64,000 nt of DNA from an uncultured Gammaproteobacteria bacterium (GTDB lineage: Bacteria; Patescibacteriota; Microgenomatia; Levybacterales; GWA1-39-11). Both the position numbers and the translations under genes were made by a program. The stretch lies in assembly GCA_964394645.1 (NCBI GenBank), contig CAYMYC010000003.1, positions 18,315 to 82,314 of the forward strand. Direction: 5' to 3'. The notes beneath the pieces are model-generated. The model did not search any database. It was not told the origin of the DNA and worked only from the letters and a program-made list of their open reading frames with translations. Positions 10,050 through 19,806 of this stretch are shown one piece after another (position 1 is the stretch's first letter; each line of letters starts with the position of its first letter).

Positions 10050-11777
10050 TTAATGTATCAGATAGGTGCTACAGAACGCAGGATTAGATAGTTTTTCAAC
10101 TCCAAATTCTGGTATTTTCAAATTTTGAATATAAGTTCCAAATTCTACGTTTTTACAAATTGTGTCATGATAGATAAGGTATAGTCCTCCACTATCCTTG
10201 AGTTGTGGTAAGAGAATGGGAGTTGCATTTTTAAGTTTTATGCCGCAGTTTACGTCAAGTATTATAGTTCCTGTATGATTTTTCCCAGGGATTTTTCCTG
10301 GGCAATTTGAAAATGTTATATTTCCCAATACAAACTTATTAGATTTTAGTGATTTTTGAATGATAGGAAGCGTATTTTTATTCATTGCGTTTCCATAGAA
10401 AAGATATTTTTGATATGAATCATATGGCGCGTTGGTATAAATTGTAACTGCCGTATTTTTTTGCGCGCGATTAGCATAAGAAGAAAGAACTCTTAATTTA
10501 AAGTCAAAATGTCCTTGAATTGGAAATTGAAAAAGGTACAACTGCATAAAATTTAGACAGAGAATTGCGTAGAGCGAGATAATTATGAGTATGGTTACTT
10601 TTTTGAACTTTACATGGTGAATTATAGAGGTTACCCCAAATGCTATACTCATGAATGCGAAAGGAAAGAGGAGTGAGATGTGAGGTGTAAAGTTTCGGGT
10701 TTCAGATCCTTGGAGAAGTTGAGGAAGAAGGGAAAATGCCATGAGGAGACTTAAGATGATAAAAACTTTCTTACGTTTGAAAAACAAAAAAATCATGCCT
10801 AAAAATAGAAATGGAAGATCTAGCACATAAAAAACTCCATGTCGTGGAACAGAGAAAAATAAATCCCCCGTTGAGAAAAGGTAATTAAATGATAGTGTGT
10901 TTAGGAATTTCTCAATAATAATCTTTAAATACAGGACGGGTTTATTTTCAAAGAATGTAAGAAGGGGGTTTGCTATTGAAAGTCGTCTTATGGAATCTAC
11001 CTGTTCTCCTAGTTTCGGGGAAAATGGAGTGAATAAGTCTGTAGATCTGTTTTCTTGATTGGAAATAAAGAGTAAAGAGGCATAAAAAAGAGTAAATAAG
11101 ACAGAAAAAAGAAGAATAAAGATGTAATACTTTTTACTTTTTTTATATTCTTCAGTCGTATATATGTACCATATTGTAGTAAAAATAAACGGTAGGAAAA
11201 AAACTTTTGTCCCAATATACGAATAAAAAGACAGCATCAGGACGGGTATTACGAAAAGTGTTTTTGCCCCTTTAGCATATAATAATAGTAACAGTGATGA
11301 AAGAAAGAAAAAAAGTGCAGGGACTAATTCATAGGATGTTCTTCCAATATATATTTCCCATGGATTTATTGCCATAAAAAATGAAGCAAAAAGTGCAGTT
11401 GAGGTTCCAAGAAGTTTTTTAGTAATAAAGTAGACGAGGGGAATTGTCCCGATACTAAGTAATGCGTATATAATTCTTGCCTGGAATAGCGAGAATGGAA
11501 ATGGGGAAACCGCCAAAGAGATGAAGTAAGGCAGCTCTGCCTGTAGTGCCCCTGGTGGATACTTAAACAGTAGAACCATGATAGGAGTCCATGTATGGGT
11601 AATATCATAGCCTGATAGGAAAACAGACTTTGCGGTAAGAAAGTAGGTTAATTCGTCGCCACCAATAGCGTTTGGCACAAATGGTAAATATAAAAGACGC
11701 AAAAAAGCTCCGATGGAGATGATAAGTGTTACAAGAAAATAAGGTTTCTTTAAATAACTTACAGATTTTCTTGTCAC
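10050..11777 (-). CDS. GT-C fold membrane glycosyltransferase (ArnT/PMT-like, GT39/GT83)
   Basis: N-terminal 'LRL...P....DE..Y', 'AINPWEIYIGR', many TMs. Confidence 0.85.
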   Translation of the reverse strand: MTRKSVSYLKKPYFLVTLIISIGAFLRLLYLPFVPNAIGGDELTYFLTAKSVFLSGYDITHTWTPIMVLLFKYPPGALQAELPYFISLAVSPFPFSLFQARIIYALLSIGTIPLVYFITKKLLGTSTALFASFFMAINPWEIYIGRTSYELVPALFFFLSSLLLLLYAKGAKTLFVIPVLMLSFYSYIGTKVFFLPFIFTTIWYIYTTEEYKKSKKYYIFILLFSVLFTLFYASLLFISNQENRSTDLFTPFSPKLGEQVDSIRRLSIANPLLTFFENKPVLYLKIIIEKFLNTLSFNYLFSTGDLFFSVPRHGVFYVLDLPFLFLGMIFLFFKRKKVFIILSLLMAFSLLPQLLQGSETRNFTPHISLLFPFAFMSIAFGVTSIIHHVKFKKVTILIIISLYAILCLNFMQLYLFQFPIQGHFDFKLRVLSSYANRAQKNTAVTIYTNAPYDSYQKYLFYGNAMNKNTLPIIQKSLKSNKFVLGNITFSNCPGKIPGKNHTGTIILDVNCGIKLKNATPILLPQLKDSGGLYLIYHDTICKNVEFGTYIQNLKIPEFGVEKLSNPAFCSTYLIH

Positions 11778-11818
11778 ACCTCATCTTACAAGAAAGTATA
11801 AATACGAACAAGCCCTTT

Positions 11819-12082
11819 TTATGCAGTTTTTTTGAAATGCCTTCCGGATTTGCCACGGTTTGGATGTTTTCGTACATACTTAATTACTGCAATATCCTCT
11901 TTGTCTAAACTTTTTCCTTCCATGCCTAATCTCCTAACGATTTTTGAAACCATAGCCCTTGATACTCCTTCTTCTCTTGCCAAATCAGAAACTGCGCCAT
12001 GTACAATTTGGTATTTGGGAAGAGTCCTATCAGATTCTATAACGTCAGTACCGTTTTGAATATTTGAAAATTCTTTACTCAT
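11819..12082 (-). CDS. Small HTH domain protein
   Basis: 'VSDLAREEGVSRAMVSKIVRRLG' HTH. Confidence 0.6.
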   Translation of the reverse strand: MSKEFSNIQNGTDVIESDRTLPKYQIVHGAVSDLAREEGVSRAMVSKIVRRLGMEGKSLDKEDIAVIKYVRKHPNRGKSGRHFKKTA

Positions 12083-12114
12083 ATTTTACTATGTATATAG
12101 TATTAGTATACATT

Positions 12115-12756
12115 TTAAATATATCCTGAGATAAAATCTTTTCGGTGGTGAGGACAAGGACCATATTCTTTTAGTCTGTCTCTGTGAAGCTTAGTGCCAT
12201 ATCCTTTGTTTTTTTGAAATTCGTAATGAGGAAATTCCTGCGCTAGGTTTTCCATGAATGTATCTCTTTTTACTTTTGCCAAAATGCTTGCAAGAGATAT
12301 TGAAATAGATGTTGCATCTCCATGAATTATATTTTTTTGTTTGTCACTTTTTATTTCTGGAATTAAGAAAGCATCAGTAAGAAAAAAGATATTATGTGTA
12401 TGGTTTTCTGATTTTGCCTTTTTGGAAATATTTGAAAAACCCATTTTATTTGCAAAGCCAACACCATTGTCATTTATTATGGATGGCGAAATAAACTCTA
12501 GGTAAGACGCAAATATATATTCTTGAGTAATTTTTAATATCAATTCTCTTTTTTTCTTTGTAAGTAGTTTTGAGTCATTAACTCCTATCTTTAATATCCA
12601 TTCCTTATCATGCAGGGATAGATTAGGGTTAAGAATTATGCCAGCTACAACAAGTGGACCTGCAAAGCTTCCGCGCCCAACTTCATCTATTCCACAGACT
12701 AGATAGTTATCCTTCCATAGATCCTCCTCAAAACGTAAGTGAGGGTATGATTTCAT
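12115..12756 (-). CDS. rnhB: Ribonuclease HII
   Basis: GIDEVGRGSFAGP, DSKLL, GDA.S.SI..ASILAKV.RD, NKGYGT..H. Confidence 0.96.
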   Translation of the reverse strand: MKSYPHLRFEEDLWKDNYLVCGIDEVGRGSFAGPLVVAGIILNPNLSLHDKEWILKIGVNDSKLLTKKKRELILKITQEYIFASYLEFISPSIINDNGVGFANKMGFSNISKKAKSENHTHNIFFLTDAFLIPEIKSDKQKNIIHGDATSISISLASILAKVKRDTFMENLAQEFPHYEFQKNKGYGTKLHRDRLKEYGPCPHHRKDFISGYI

Positions 12757-12981
12757 AAGATTAGTATACCATGTGAAAAAGTAGAGCCTGTAGGGTAAAT
12801 GCAATTTACAATACGGATATTAAGTGGAGCATGAGTTGTGATCTAAGCAGGATAAAATTTTAAAAATGAACTTATTGCAAAGGTTCTTAGATATAGGAAA
12901 ACCTATCAAAAAGACTGATGTTTTAAATGTTTTATTGCCTCTAACCTTTCCAAATGATATGATTAGGCTAGGAATTTATTT

Positions 12982-13752
12982 ATGTTAACACTTGTATTAC
13001 TTTTGGTGCCTACACTTGCCGTTATTTCAGCGTTGTATCTATATCAACACACCGGAAAAAAGGAAATATTAAAATTTGATTTAGTTCAGTTTGCCTACGC
13101 GTTTGTTATTGCGCCAATCATTTATGTGTGGCTTAAAAGCTTTCTTTTTACTCTTTTAGTTCGGGAGTTAAATCTTCATCTTTCAGTAACTGATATTTTT
13201 ATTGCAGATACGGTATATACAATCTTATTTTTATATTTTTTTGCATTTATTATTATCCATTCACTTACAAAAAGCTTTTCTTTAAAACGTTCGCGTGATC
13301 CGTTTTATGATATTTTTCAGATGTCAGAATTTTTTCATATGATAACATCCCATGTAGTTTTTTATGTTGGGGGTGCAATTCTTTTTACCCTCCTTTCAAC
13401 CATAAATATTTTCTTTCCTGTAACTTCTGCTACAAATAATATGTTATTTTACACCTCTCTTTTCTTAGGTCTCGTATTTGGATTTATAGTATATGTAGGG
13501 TTACTTTTAACTGATGATGATTTTGAAGAAAAATATCCTAGGTTTGAGATGTTTATAGAACTGTTATTTGGTGCGCTATTTATATTAGATGTAGGACTTT
13601 ATTTTTATTTTAGACCGGAATTTGATTTGGGGAGGGTAATGTATTGGGTTTCCCTAATGGCTTTTGCGGGGTTTATAGCAAGTTCACTTTTGATCGAGCG
13701 CTCTCAGAAATTAGTAGCCGTGCTGAAAAGACTTCACTATAAGAAAAAGTAG
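12982..13752 (+). CDS. Multi-pass membrane protein, unknown function
   Basis: About 7 hydrophobic segments. Confidence 0.7.
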   Translation: MLTLVLLLVPTLAVISALYLYQHTGKKEILKFDLVQFAYAFVIAPIIYVWLKSFLFTLLVRELNLHLSVTDIFIADTVYTILFLYFFAFIIIHSLTKSFSLKRSRDPFYDIFQMSEFFHMITSHVVFYVGGAILFTLLSTINIFFPVTSATNNMLFYTSLFLGLVFGFIVYVGLLLTDDDFEEKYPRFEMFIELLFGALFILDVGLYFYFRPEFDLGRVMYWVSLMAFAGFIASSLLIERSQKLVAVLKRLHYKKK

Positions 13753-13759
13753 GGAGAAC

Positions 13760-14233
13760 CTAATTTACTCGTGTCAGAGTAAATGGAAGACTTTCTGGTA
13801 TTGGATTCCCATTACCATCAAGTTGCCTAATCTGGTTTTGATTGAGAATTTCGTAGAGAGTTTTAGCCCCTCCAACCTTGGGATTTAAAACATACATTTT
13901 TTTAGAAGAATTGTTTTTTAAATTTTTAACTATCCACGTTCCTTTCTCTGTAATACTTGTATCTTTGCCTTCGTATTCCATATGGAGCACATATGTAGGA
14001 GGAGTGTCATGTATGGTAAGTATAGTTTTTATTCCTGTGCAGTCAGCGCATGGTGTAGTACCTGAATATGTTGTAGTTTGAGGGGTAGTAACCTCTGGCA
14101 CTTCCTGCGTTTTCTTAACTACAATAAAAAATAACAGACAGGAGAAAAAGAAAAGGAGAATGAGGAAAGATAGGCGGGTAAATGTGTATTTATTCTTGTA
14201 AACTACTTTATGAGGCTTTTTATTTTTGGGCAT
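13760..14233 (-). CDS. NlpE/CutF N-terminal domain protein (membrane anchored)
   Basis: 'YSGTTPCADCTGIKTILTI' NlpE signature. Confidence 0.85.
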   Translation of the reverse strand: MPKNKKPHKVVYKNKYTFTRLSFLILLFFFSCLLFFIVVKKTQEVPEVTTPQTTTYSGTTPCADCTGIKTILTIHDTPPTYVLHMEYEGKDTSITEKGTWIVKNLKNNSSKKMYVLNPKVGGAKTLYEILNQNQIRQLDGNGNPIPESLPFTLTRVN

Positions 14234-14333
14234 AAATTAAACATAAAGTATTTTGCAAAAATTGTCAAACGGGATTGTATGACAGTATGGAAATTAAGAG
14301 TACCACTTTAGTGCGGAACCACATGAAATAAGT

Positions 14334-15293
14334 TTATGGAAGAAAAACAGGAGAAAGTTCATCAGCTGTAGATTCATAGATTTTTTCTATATTCCTACCG
14401 TTTGTGTCCATGAGAAAAATATCATAGTTGCCTCCATTATCATTAATAAATATAATTTGTCTTCCGGTAGTGCTGTATGATGGGTCATCACTATTTCCAG
14501 GTAATGAAGTGAGTTTTGTTTTGTTTACTCCATTTTGCTGCATGGTATAAATGCTGTCCTTGCTTTCGGGTCTATCTCTGGAGACATACACAAGGTCATA
14601 TGACCTTGGATTTATAGAAGGATACCAGTCAGGTACAGCGTTCCGGCTTAATCGTGACAAACTTTCTCCGTTCTTGTCAATCATAAAAATTTCATCAGTT
14701 AGGTGATCATTTGTTTTTCTTTGTACAAATATAATATTTCCCTCCATATTTTCTACAGGATCCCATTCTTCAGTTTCCTGCATTTTTTGTGTTAAGTTTT
14801 TTATATCAGATCCGTTCTCATTCATAATAAATATATCTCCCTTTTGGTCATCTTGGGTTGACTTAAAAAGTATATTTTTCCCATCCTTTGTATAGCTTGG
14901 ATCGTAATCATCTGATGTGTTATGGGTGAGTTGTCGTATCTCTCCTGTTGTAAGTGTCATGCGGTATATTTCATTATCTCCATCCCTATCAGAGTAAAAA
15001 ACAATATATTTTCCATTCGGTGACGGTTGGGGATTCATGTCTTGTGCTTTATTATGAGTAAGATTCAGTACATGCTTTGAGAGTAGGTCCATGAGAAAAA
15101 TATCATTATCTCCTGTCATGTTTGACACAAAAAGAATACGTTCTGCCTGCGGCAAAGGACTTACTAATACATTAGTAGTCGTTTTCTTTAGAATTTTTTC
15201 AGGATCCTCTTGCTCAATTAGCGATACTGCTAGGATAAAAAGTAGTACGCCAGTTATAAGGAAAAGTGTGAAAAACACTATCTTTTTTTTCAT
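14334..15293 (-). CDS. TolB-like beta-propeller (PD40 repeats), membrane anchored
   Basis: Repeats such as 'PSPNGKYIVFYSDRDGDNEIY..LT.N...D.DP'. Confidence 0.88.
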   Translation of the reverse strand: MKKKIVFFTLFLITGVLLFILAVSLIEQEDPEKILKKTTTNVLVSPLPQAERILFVSNMTGDNDIFLMDLLSKHVLNLTHNKAQDMNPQPSPNGKYIVFYSDRDGDNEIYRMTLTTGEIRQLTHNTSDDYDPSYTKDGKNILFKSTQDDQKGDIFIMNENGSDIKNLTQKMQETEEWDPVENMEGNIIFVQRKTNDHLTDEIFMIDKNGESLSRLSRNAVPDWYPSINPRSYDLVYVSRDRPESKDSIYTMQQNGVNKTKLTSLPGNSDDPSYSTTGRQIIFINDNGGNYDIFLMDTNGRNIEKIYESTADELSPVFLP

Positions 15294-15466
15294 AAGCGTA
15301 TATTATAGGGCGATAAGACTCAGAAGTCCAATTATTTACCTCAAAATTTCTTAATTTATGCCTGAAAAGCCTTTAGTTAGTAGTTACTTAAATAGCCTTA
15401 TTGGTTTGCCTTAGAACTACGTTTTATTTAAAGTAGAGGAGGGGCACGAAAAAACCGTACATTTGT

Positions 15467-16213
15467 CTAGAAATCTCCAAGAGATTTTAGAATTTCATGT
15501 GCAACATTGGGAGAGAGAAGATATTCAGGATGCGTATCATACGGTTTATAAGCATCTGGATTTTCTTGTAGTATCCCTTTAGTAAACCGCTTATAATGCT
15601 GAATTTGTGCCTGCATATCTTCACGCTCCTCTTCAAGGCGGGGGGATAAAACAATTGTTAAAAGTTCCTTTGGCCACAATTTTGGATGGGCTAGTATGTG
15701 TGTACCTGTTGGGTCTGTCTTAAAAGATTGCTCTATTTGCCTTTTTTCCTCAGACGTAAGTATTGTATCTGGGTGTTCAGGATGGACAAAGGGAAGTTCT
15801 GCAGAGTTAGTTCCTGTTACGTCATTATTATATCTTGCAGTAAACCTATACAAGGAAAAGCTATTTTCATCTTTTGCCTCATAAAGAGAAAGCGCTATAT
15901 TTCCTAATAGAACCGCTCCTTTATCAGCGTGGTGGTTTTCAATCTTAGTGTTTTTCCTGAAATCGTCTGGGGTAGAGTGTTTTTTCGCTTCCAGCATTTG
16001 TTTTTCATTAATTTCTCCACCTTTCCAACGTGGAACTCCTCTTGTTCCTGCCTCTTTCCATTCATGAGCAAACACTTCTAATTGAGAAAGGGAGTGTGCG
16101 TGACGTTCAAACTCTTCACGTTGCCGTATGGAAAGTGAGGTAGTTAGTGAGGCTTTATCCATATGCATTTTAAGATATCCCCGAATATTACTATCTCTTT
16201 CTAGTTTTTGCAT
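15467..16213 (-). CDS. Hypothetical protein
   Basis: 248-aa ORF, no recognisable motif. Confidence 0.6.
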   Translation of the reverse strand: MQKLERDSNIRGYLKMHMDKASLTTSLSIRQREEFERHAHSLSQLEVFAHEWKEAGTRGVPRWKGGEINEKQMLEAKKHSTPDDFRKNTKIENHHADKGAVLLGNIALSLYEAKDENSFSLYRFTARYNNDVTGTNSAELPFVHPEHPDTILTSEEKRQIEQSFKTDPTGTHILAHPKLWPKELLTIVLSPRLEEEREDMQAQIQHYKRFTKGILQENPDAYKPYDTHPEYLLSPNVAHEILKSLGDF

Positions 16214-16437
16214 AATAAAAATAAAACCTTAATGCCTTCTACAAGGTACTCCAATTTCCTATTATAGTAATATTTTACGCCTAGAAGTGTTCTACTACAG
16301 TGATCTACCTCACACCTGTGAATATTTAAAAAAGCACTGTTTCGATCCAGACATAAAGTAATTCTGAATCTATAGATTTTGGCAATTAGTAGTTTTTTAT
16401 TAAGTTTAAAGACAAGCTAGTTTTAGAAGTAATAGTA

Positions 16438-17115
16438 TTAATTTATAAAAACGAGTGTTGAAAGCATGTTTTCAATAGTTGGTTGTAAATCATCTGAAAA
16501 ATAAATAAAACTATATCTATATCCGTTTTTGTATGTATAGTAAGAAGGAGCAGTTTTTCCACAATTTCCCGCATCACAAAACGTACTAGATTGAGAGGGT
16601 AAAACGACTTTCCACACATTTCCATTAATTTCCTTTGTTATAGAAGTATGAGTAAATGGTGGCTCATTCTCAGGAGAATCGGCAAGCCTTTCTAAAACAA
16701 AGTTTTTATTATTCATAGTGAATCTCACCGTATTCTGTGTTGCGCTAGCTCCTGGTTTATCCTCATTTGAATCTTCTTGGTAAATGGTTATATTTTGTGG
16801 ATATTGCATAGATATGCCTAATTTTGTAAATGTTTTCAATTCCACTTTTTTTGTAGGTGATCGCACTAGGGAAGTGGGAGCTATTGGTGTAGTTGAGGGA
16901 TTTGAATATGATTTCATCACTTTTTCCTCTACTAATATATACCCACCAATTGTAATAAGAAGTAACATAAATAATATGCAAGCTATTGTAATCATTTTTT
17001 TTCTTCTACTACGCTGAAGCATGGGTTGAATTGGTGAATAAGATTGTGACTCGGGAGGTTTTGTGGGGGATACAGATGATTGTACAGTTTTTTGAATTGA
17101 ATTTTGATTATCCAT
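16438..17115 (-). CDS. Single-TM surface protein, PsbP/Mog1-like family
   Basis: N-terminal TM, PT linker, 'ISMQYP', ends 'IENMLSTLVFIN'. Confidence 0.6.
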   Translation of the reverse strand: MDNQNSIQKTVQSSVSPTKPPESQSYSPIQPMLQRSRRKKMITIACILFMLLLITIGGYILVEEKVMKSYSNPSTTPIAPTSLVRSPTKKVELKTFTKLGISMQYPQNITIYQEDSNEDKPGASATQNTVRFTMNNKNFVLERLADSPENEPPFTHTSITKEINGNVWKVVLPSQSSTFCDAGNCGKTAPSYYTYKNGYRYSFIYFSDDLQPTIENMLSTLVFIN

Positions 17116-17276
17116 ATAGCTATAGTATTTCAAAGAGCTATAGAAGATGTCAATAAAAGCTTGATTTTTGAGACATATTAGCAGGAGTTAGTGTTATGCG
17201 CATTGTGGGACTGTTGGAATAAAAGTGAACGTTATTTACTGATAATATACCAAATTACCCCATGCGAGCATAGAGT

Positions 17277-17993
17277 TTAATCTATGAATTTAAATGAAGT
17301 TAAAATACCCTGATATGCGTCTAAATTTGCAGGATTATGAACCCCTAGGATTGAGATATCATAGCCTTTTCCATTATAAATAGATACTGTTCCATTGTAT
17401 ATATAGCCTCCGGCACCCGGGACCTCTACTGATATTGCTTCAGCGCCCTCAAGTGATGTTTTTTTACTATATTGCTTAGTTAGATCGAAAAGATTTTTGT
17501 CCCCATTAAATAAATAGCGATTTTCTAACCACTGATCTAGATTCATTGCGGGTTGTATATTTGTTGAATAGATAGTTAAAACAGTGTTTTCAGGTTGAGT
17601 TGAGGTGCCACCGTCAGGAATAATCCAATCTGTTTTTTGTAAAGAAACAGAAGCGTTATCAGATTTTGTTACAGTCCAATCTTTGGGATATTGAAAGCTA
17701 AATGATTGTCCCTGAAAGGTTTTAAGTTTGTTATCTGGTGTTGGATCAGGTTCCCTAGTAGAGGAAGGATTTATCGGGGTGGTAATAGCCAGTTTATTTT
17801 CACCTTTTTTCCCAGGTGTTGTATTGTTTTGTTTTCCTAAAAAATAACCTATGCTAGCAGTAACCAATAAAAAAATTAGAATTAAAACACTTACGAAAAG
17901 ATATTTTTTGTGATTACCTACGAGTTTTTGCGGGGGTGATGTGATAGGTGTTTCAAGAGGATGTAGGGGTTGAGTAGGGTTTATAGGTTCCAC
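17277..17993 (-). CDS. Single-TM surface protein, PsbP/Mog1-like family
   Basis: 'FSFQYPKDWTV', ends 'YQGILTSFKFID'; probable GTG start at 17993. Confidence 0.7.
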   Translation of the reverse strand: MEPINPTQPLHPLETPITSPPQKLVGNHKKYLFVSVLILIFLLVTASIGYFLGKQNNTTPGKKGENKLAITTPINPSSTREPDPTPDNKLKTFQGQSFSFQYPKDWTVTKSDNASVSLQKTDWIIPDGGTSTQPENTVLTIYSTNIQPAMNLDQWLENRYLFNGDKNLFDLTKQYSKKTSLEGAEAISVEVPGAGGYIYNGTVSIYNGKGYDISILGVHNPANLDAYQGILTSFKFID

Positions 17994-18131
17994 ATATATC
18001 AGTATTTCAAGAATAAGTATTAAAGTCAAGCTCAAGGGTTGTAGGCATTAAGCAATTTTGTTTAGGTGTATTATTTTATTCAAAAAGTAATGAATATTAA
18101 CAAATATAATATAACATGCTATACATAATGT

Positions 18132-18380
18132 ATGACATATACAGTTTCCATTACTTCTCGGGGTCAAATCAATATACCAGCTAAAATCCGTCGTCAACTC
18201 GGGTTATCTAAAAACAGCAAAGCCATTCTCTCCCTTAATAAGGGAGAGATATCTATAAGACCTGTAAAAGATTTTCTAGAGTTGAGGGGTTCACTAAAAA
18301 CAAATAAAAGACCACTATCTAATGAAAGACTACATGATATGTTTGCTCAGGAAATGTCCAAAGAAGCGGTTGAAGAATGA
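18132..18380 (+). CDS. AbrB/MazE-family antitoxin (VapB-like)
   Basis: 'ITSRGQINIPAKIRRQLGL' SpoVT/AbrB motif; overlaps the PIN gene by 4 nt. Confidence 0.92.
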   Translation: MTYTVSITSRGQINIPAKIRRQLGLSKNSKAILSLNKGEISIRPVKDFLELRGSLKTNKRPLSNERLHDMFAQEMSKEAVEE

Positions 18381-18760
18381 GAAGAATTATAATTGATACA
18401 AATGGTTTTTTGCGAGTACTTCTGGATGATATTCCTGAACAGGCAAATCAAGTAGAATCAGTTTTAAAACGTGCAAGTAAAGGAGAATTAGAAGTTTTTT
18501 TACCTCAAATTATAGTTTTTGAAATAATTTTTGCTTTAGATAAATACTATCGTCTAGATAAAAAAGAATTAATAGATAAGGTAGAGTCCCTAGTTTCGAT
18601 TGGGTATATAGAGGTTGAATCAAAAGAAGTTTTTATTCAATCGCTTGATCTATATAAAAGAAGTAGTATTAGCTTTGTTAATTGCTTTTTGCTAAGTAAA
18701 GCAAGAGATGAAAATGCAGAATTCTTTACATTCGATGAAAAGCTAAAAAAACTTGCTTAA
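18377..18760 (+). CDS. PIN-domain toxin (VapC-like)
   Basis: 'IIIDTN..LR.LL.D', 'VFEI', 'TFDEKL'. Confidence 0.9.
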   Translation: MRRIIIDTNGFLRVLLDDIPEQANQVESVLKRASKGELEVFLPQIIVFEIIFALDKYYRLDKKELIDKVESLVSIGYIEVESKEVFIQSLDLYKRSSISFVNCFLLSKARDENAEFFTFDEKLKKLA

Positions 18761-18809
18761 TTTCTTTTTCCACTTGTTTTGCAGCTTTGGTAAAATTTGT
18801 TGGAACGTA

Positions 18810-19421
18810 TTATTTCTTTATGGATACAGTAGACAAAATATCTTTTATCAACTTTTCATCGTAAGGCTGGTTTCTAAATGAGATGTCTAGTCGTAGCGCA
18901 TCTTGTGGAGTTAAATAAATATATATAAAGGCTGGAGTATAATAGAGGTTTTCGTTCAAATATTGTGGATTTTCGGAGCGCATTAATACAACCTTTTTAT
19001 TGTTAATTACTAAATGAGTTATTGTTTGCTTGTTGAGTGCTATCAGTCGTACCAATTTTTCAACTTCAGACTTTGGCTGGACTCCTCCTATTCTAATATC
19101 AACATACTTTTCAGGTAGAGCTTTTGTCTTAGGAATATCCCAATTGGGATTTCTTAGTGTTCTATTGAATTCAGGTAAAACCGTTGGATCGCCACTTCCA
19201 AATTCAGGAGGATACATAAAGGTGTAAAATATTTTGTTGTTGCTAGATTGACTAAATTTTTTACTGTCATATGTTTTCCATCCAGTTGTATTGGGTTTAT
19301 TATTTGAGTTTTTGCTATAGAAAAAGAAAATGCCAGCGGCAATTAGGAGAATCAATAAAATCAATGCTACAGCTTTTGAGAGCGGAGTAATAGTACTGAG
19401 TACGCTTTTCTTCTCTGCCAT
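18810..19421 (-). CDS. Single-TM surface protein, PsbP/Mog1-like family
   Basis: 'TTGWKTY', 'YTFMYP', ends 'IKDILSTVSIKK'. Confidence 0.6.
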   Translation of the reverse strand: MAEKKSVLSTITPLSKAVALILLILLIAAGIFFFYSKNSNNKPNTTGWKTYDSKKFSQSSNNKIFYTFMYPPEFGSGDPTVLPEFNRTLRNPNWDIPKTKALPEKYVDIRIGGVQPKSEVEKLVRLIALNKQTITHLVINNKKVVLMRSENPQYLNENLYYTPAFIYIYLTPQDALRLDISFRNQPYDEKLIKDILSTVSIKK

Positions 19422-19492
19422 AAAAGAAGTATAGCATAGGTTCTAACCGAAATTCAAAAGTTAGACATGACACTTGAGGCTAGAAAATGTTG

Positions 19493-19563
19493 CAGGGTCG
19501 CAGAGATTCGAACTCTGAAAAGCGGTTTTGGAGACCGCTGTGATACCATTTCACCACAACCCT
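19493..19563 (-). tRNA. tRNA-Trp(CCA)
   Basis: Reverse complement AGGGTTG...CGACCCT-G; anticodon arm GCGGT-CTCCAAA-ACCGC; T-loop TTCGAAT. Confidence 0.95.
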
Positions 19564-19698
19564 TCGACTACCTTAGGGTAAAACCCTTCGTAAACTTAGC
19601 GCAAAGCCTTTTCGGAAAAATCAGGGTAAACCCAAAGTAGTCTTATTTTACCCGTTCGGCAACCTCAGGGCAAGCCCGTACCTTCAACCTCAGGGCAA
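19560..19698. repeat. Array of about 5 degenerate ~23-nt REP-like units (CCCTTCG-N5-CTCAGGG[T/C]AA)
   Basis: cccttcgactaccttagggtaaa / cccttcgtaaacttagcgcaaa / ccttttcggaaaaatcagggtaaa / cccgttcggcaacctcagggcaa / ccttcaacctcagggcaa. Confidence 0.75.
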
Positions 19699-19806
19699 TT
19701 ATAACTTAAAGCATTATAGGTAATAGAAAGTAGAGTAGTTTGACCCCTATAGTATTTTAAGGTATAATTATGTTTCTATTGATGCGATAAGATAGAAATA
19801 TAATTT

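Noticed and set aside
16214-18131. Integron-like cassette array or DGR for the paralogous surface genes
   Set aside because: No shared attC-like intergenic repeat, no TR/VR pair, and no integron integrase or reverse transcriptase seen.
19560-19698. Possible CRISPR array
   Set aside because: Units are degenerate and nearly adjacent, with no unique 30-40-nt spacers, and no cas genes are in the window.
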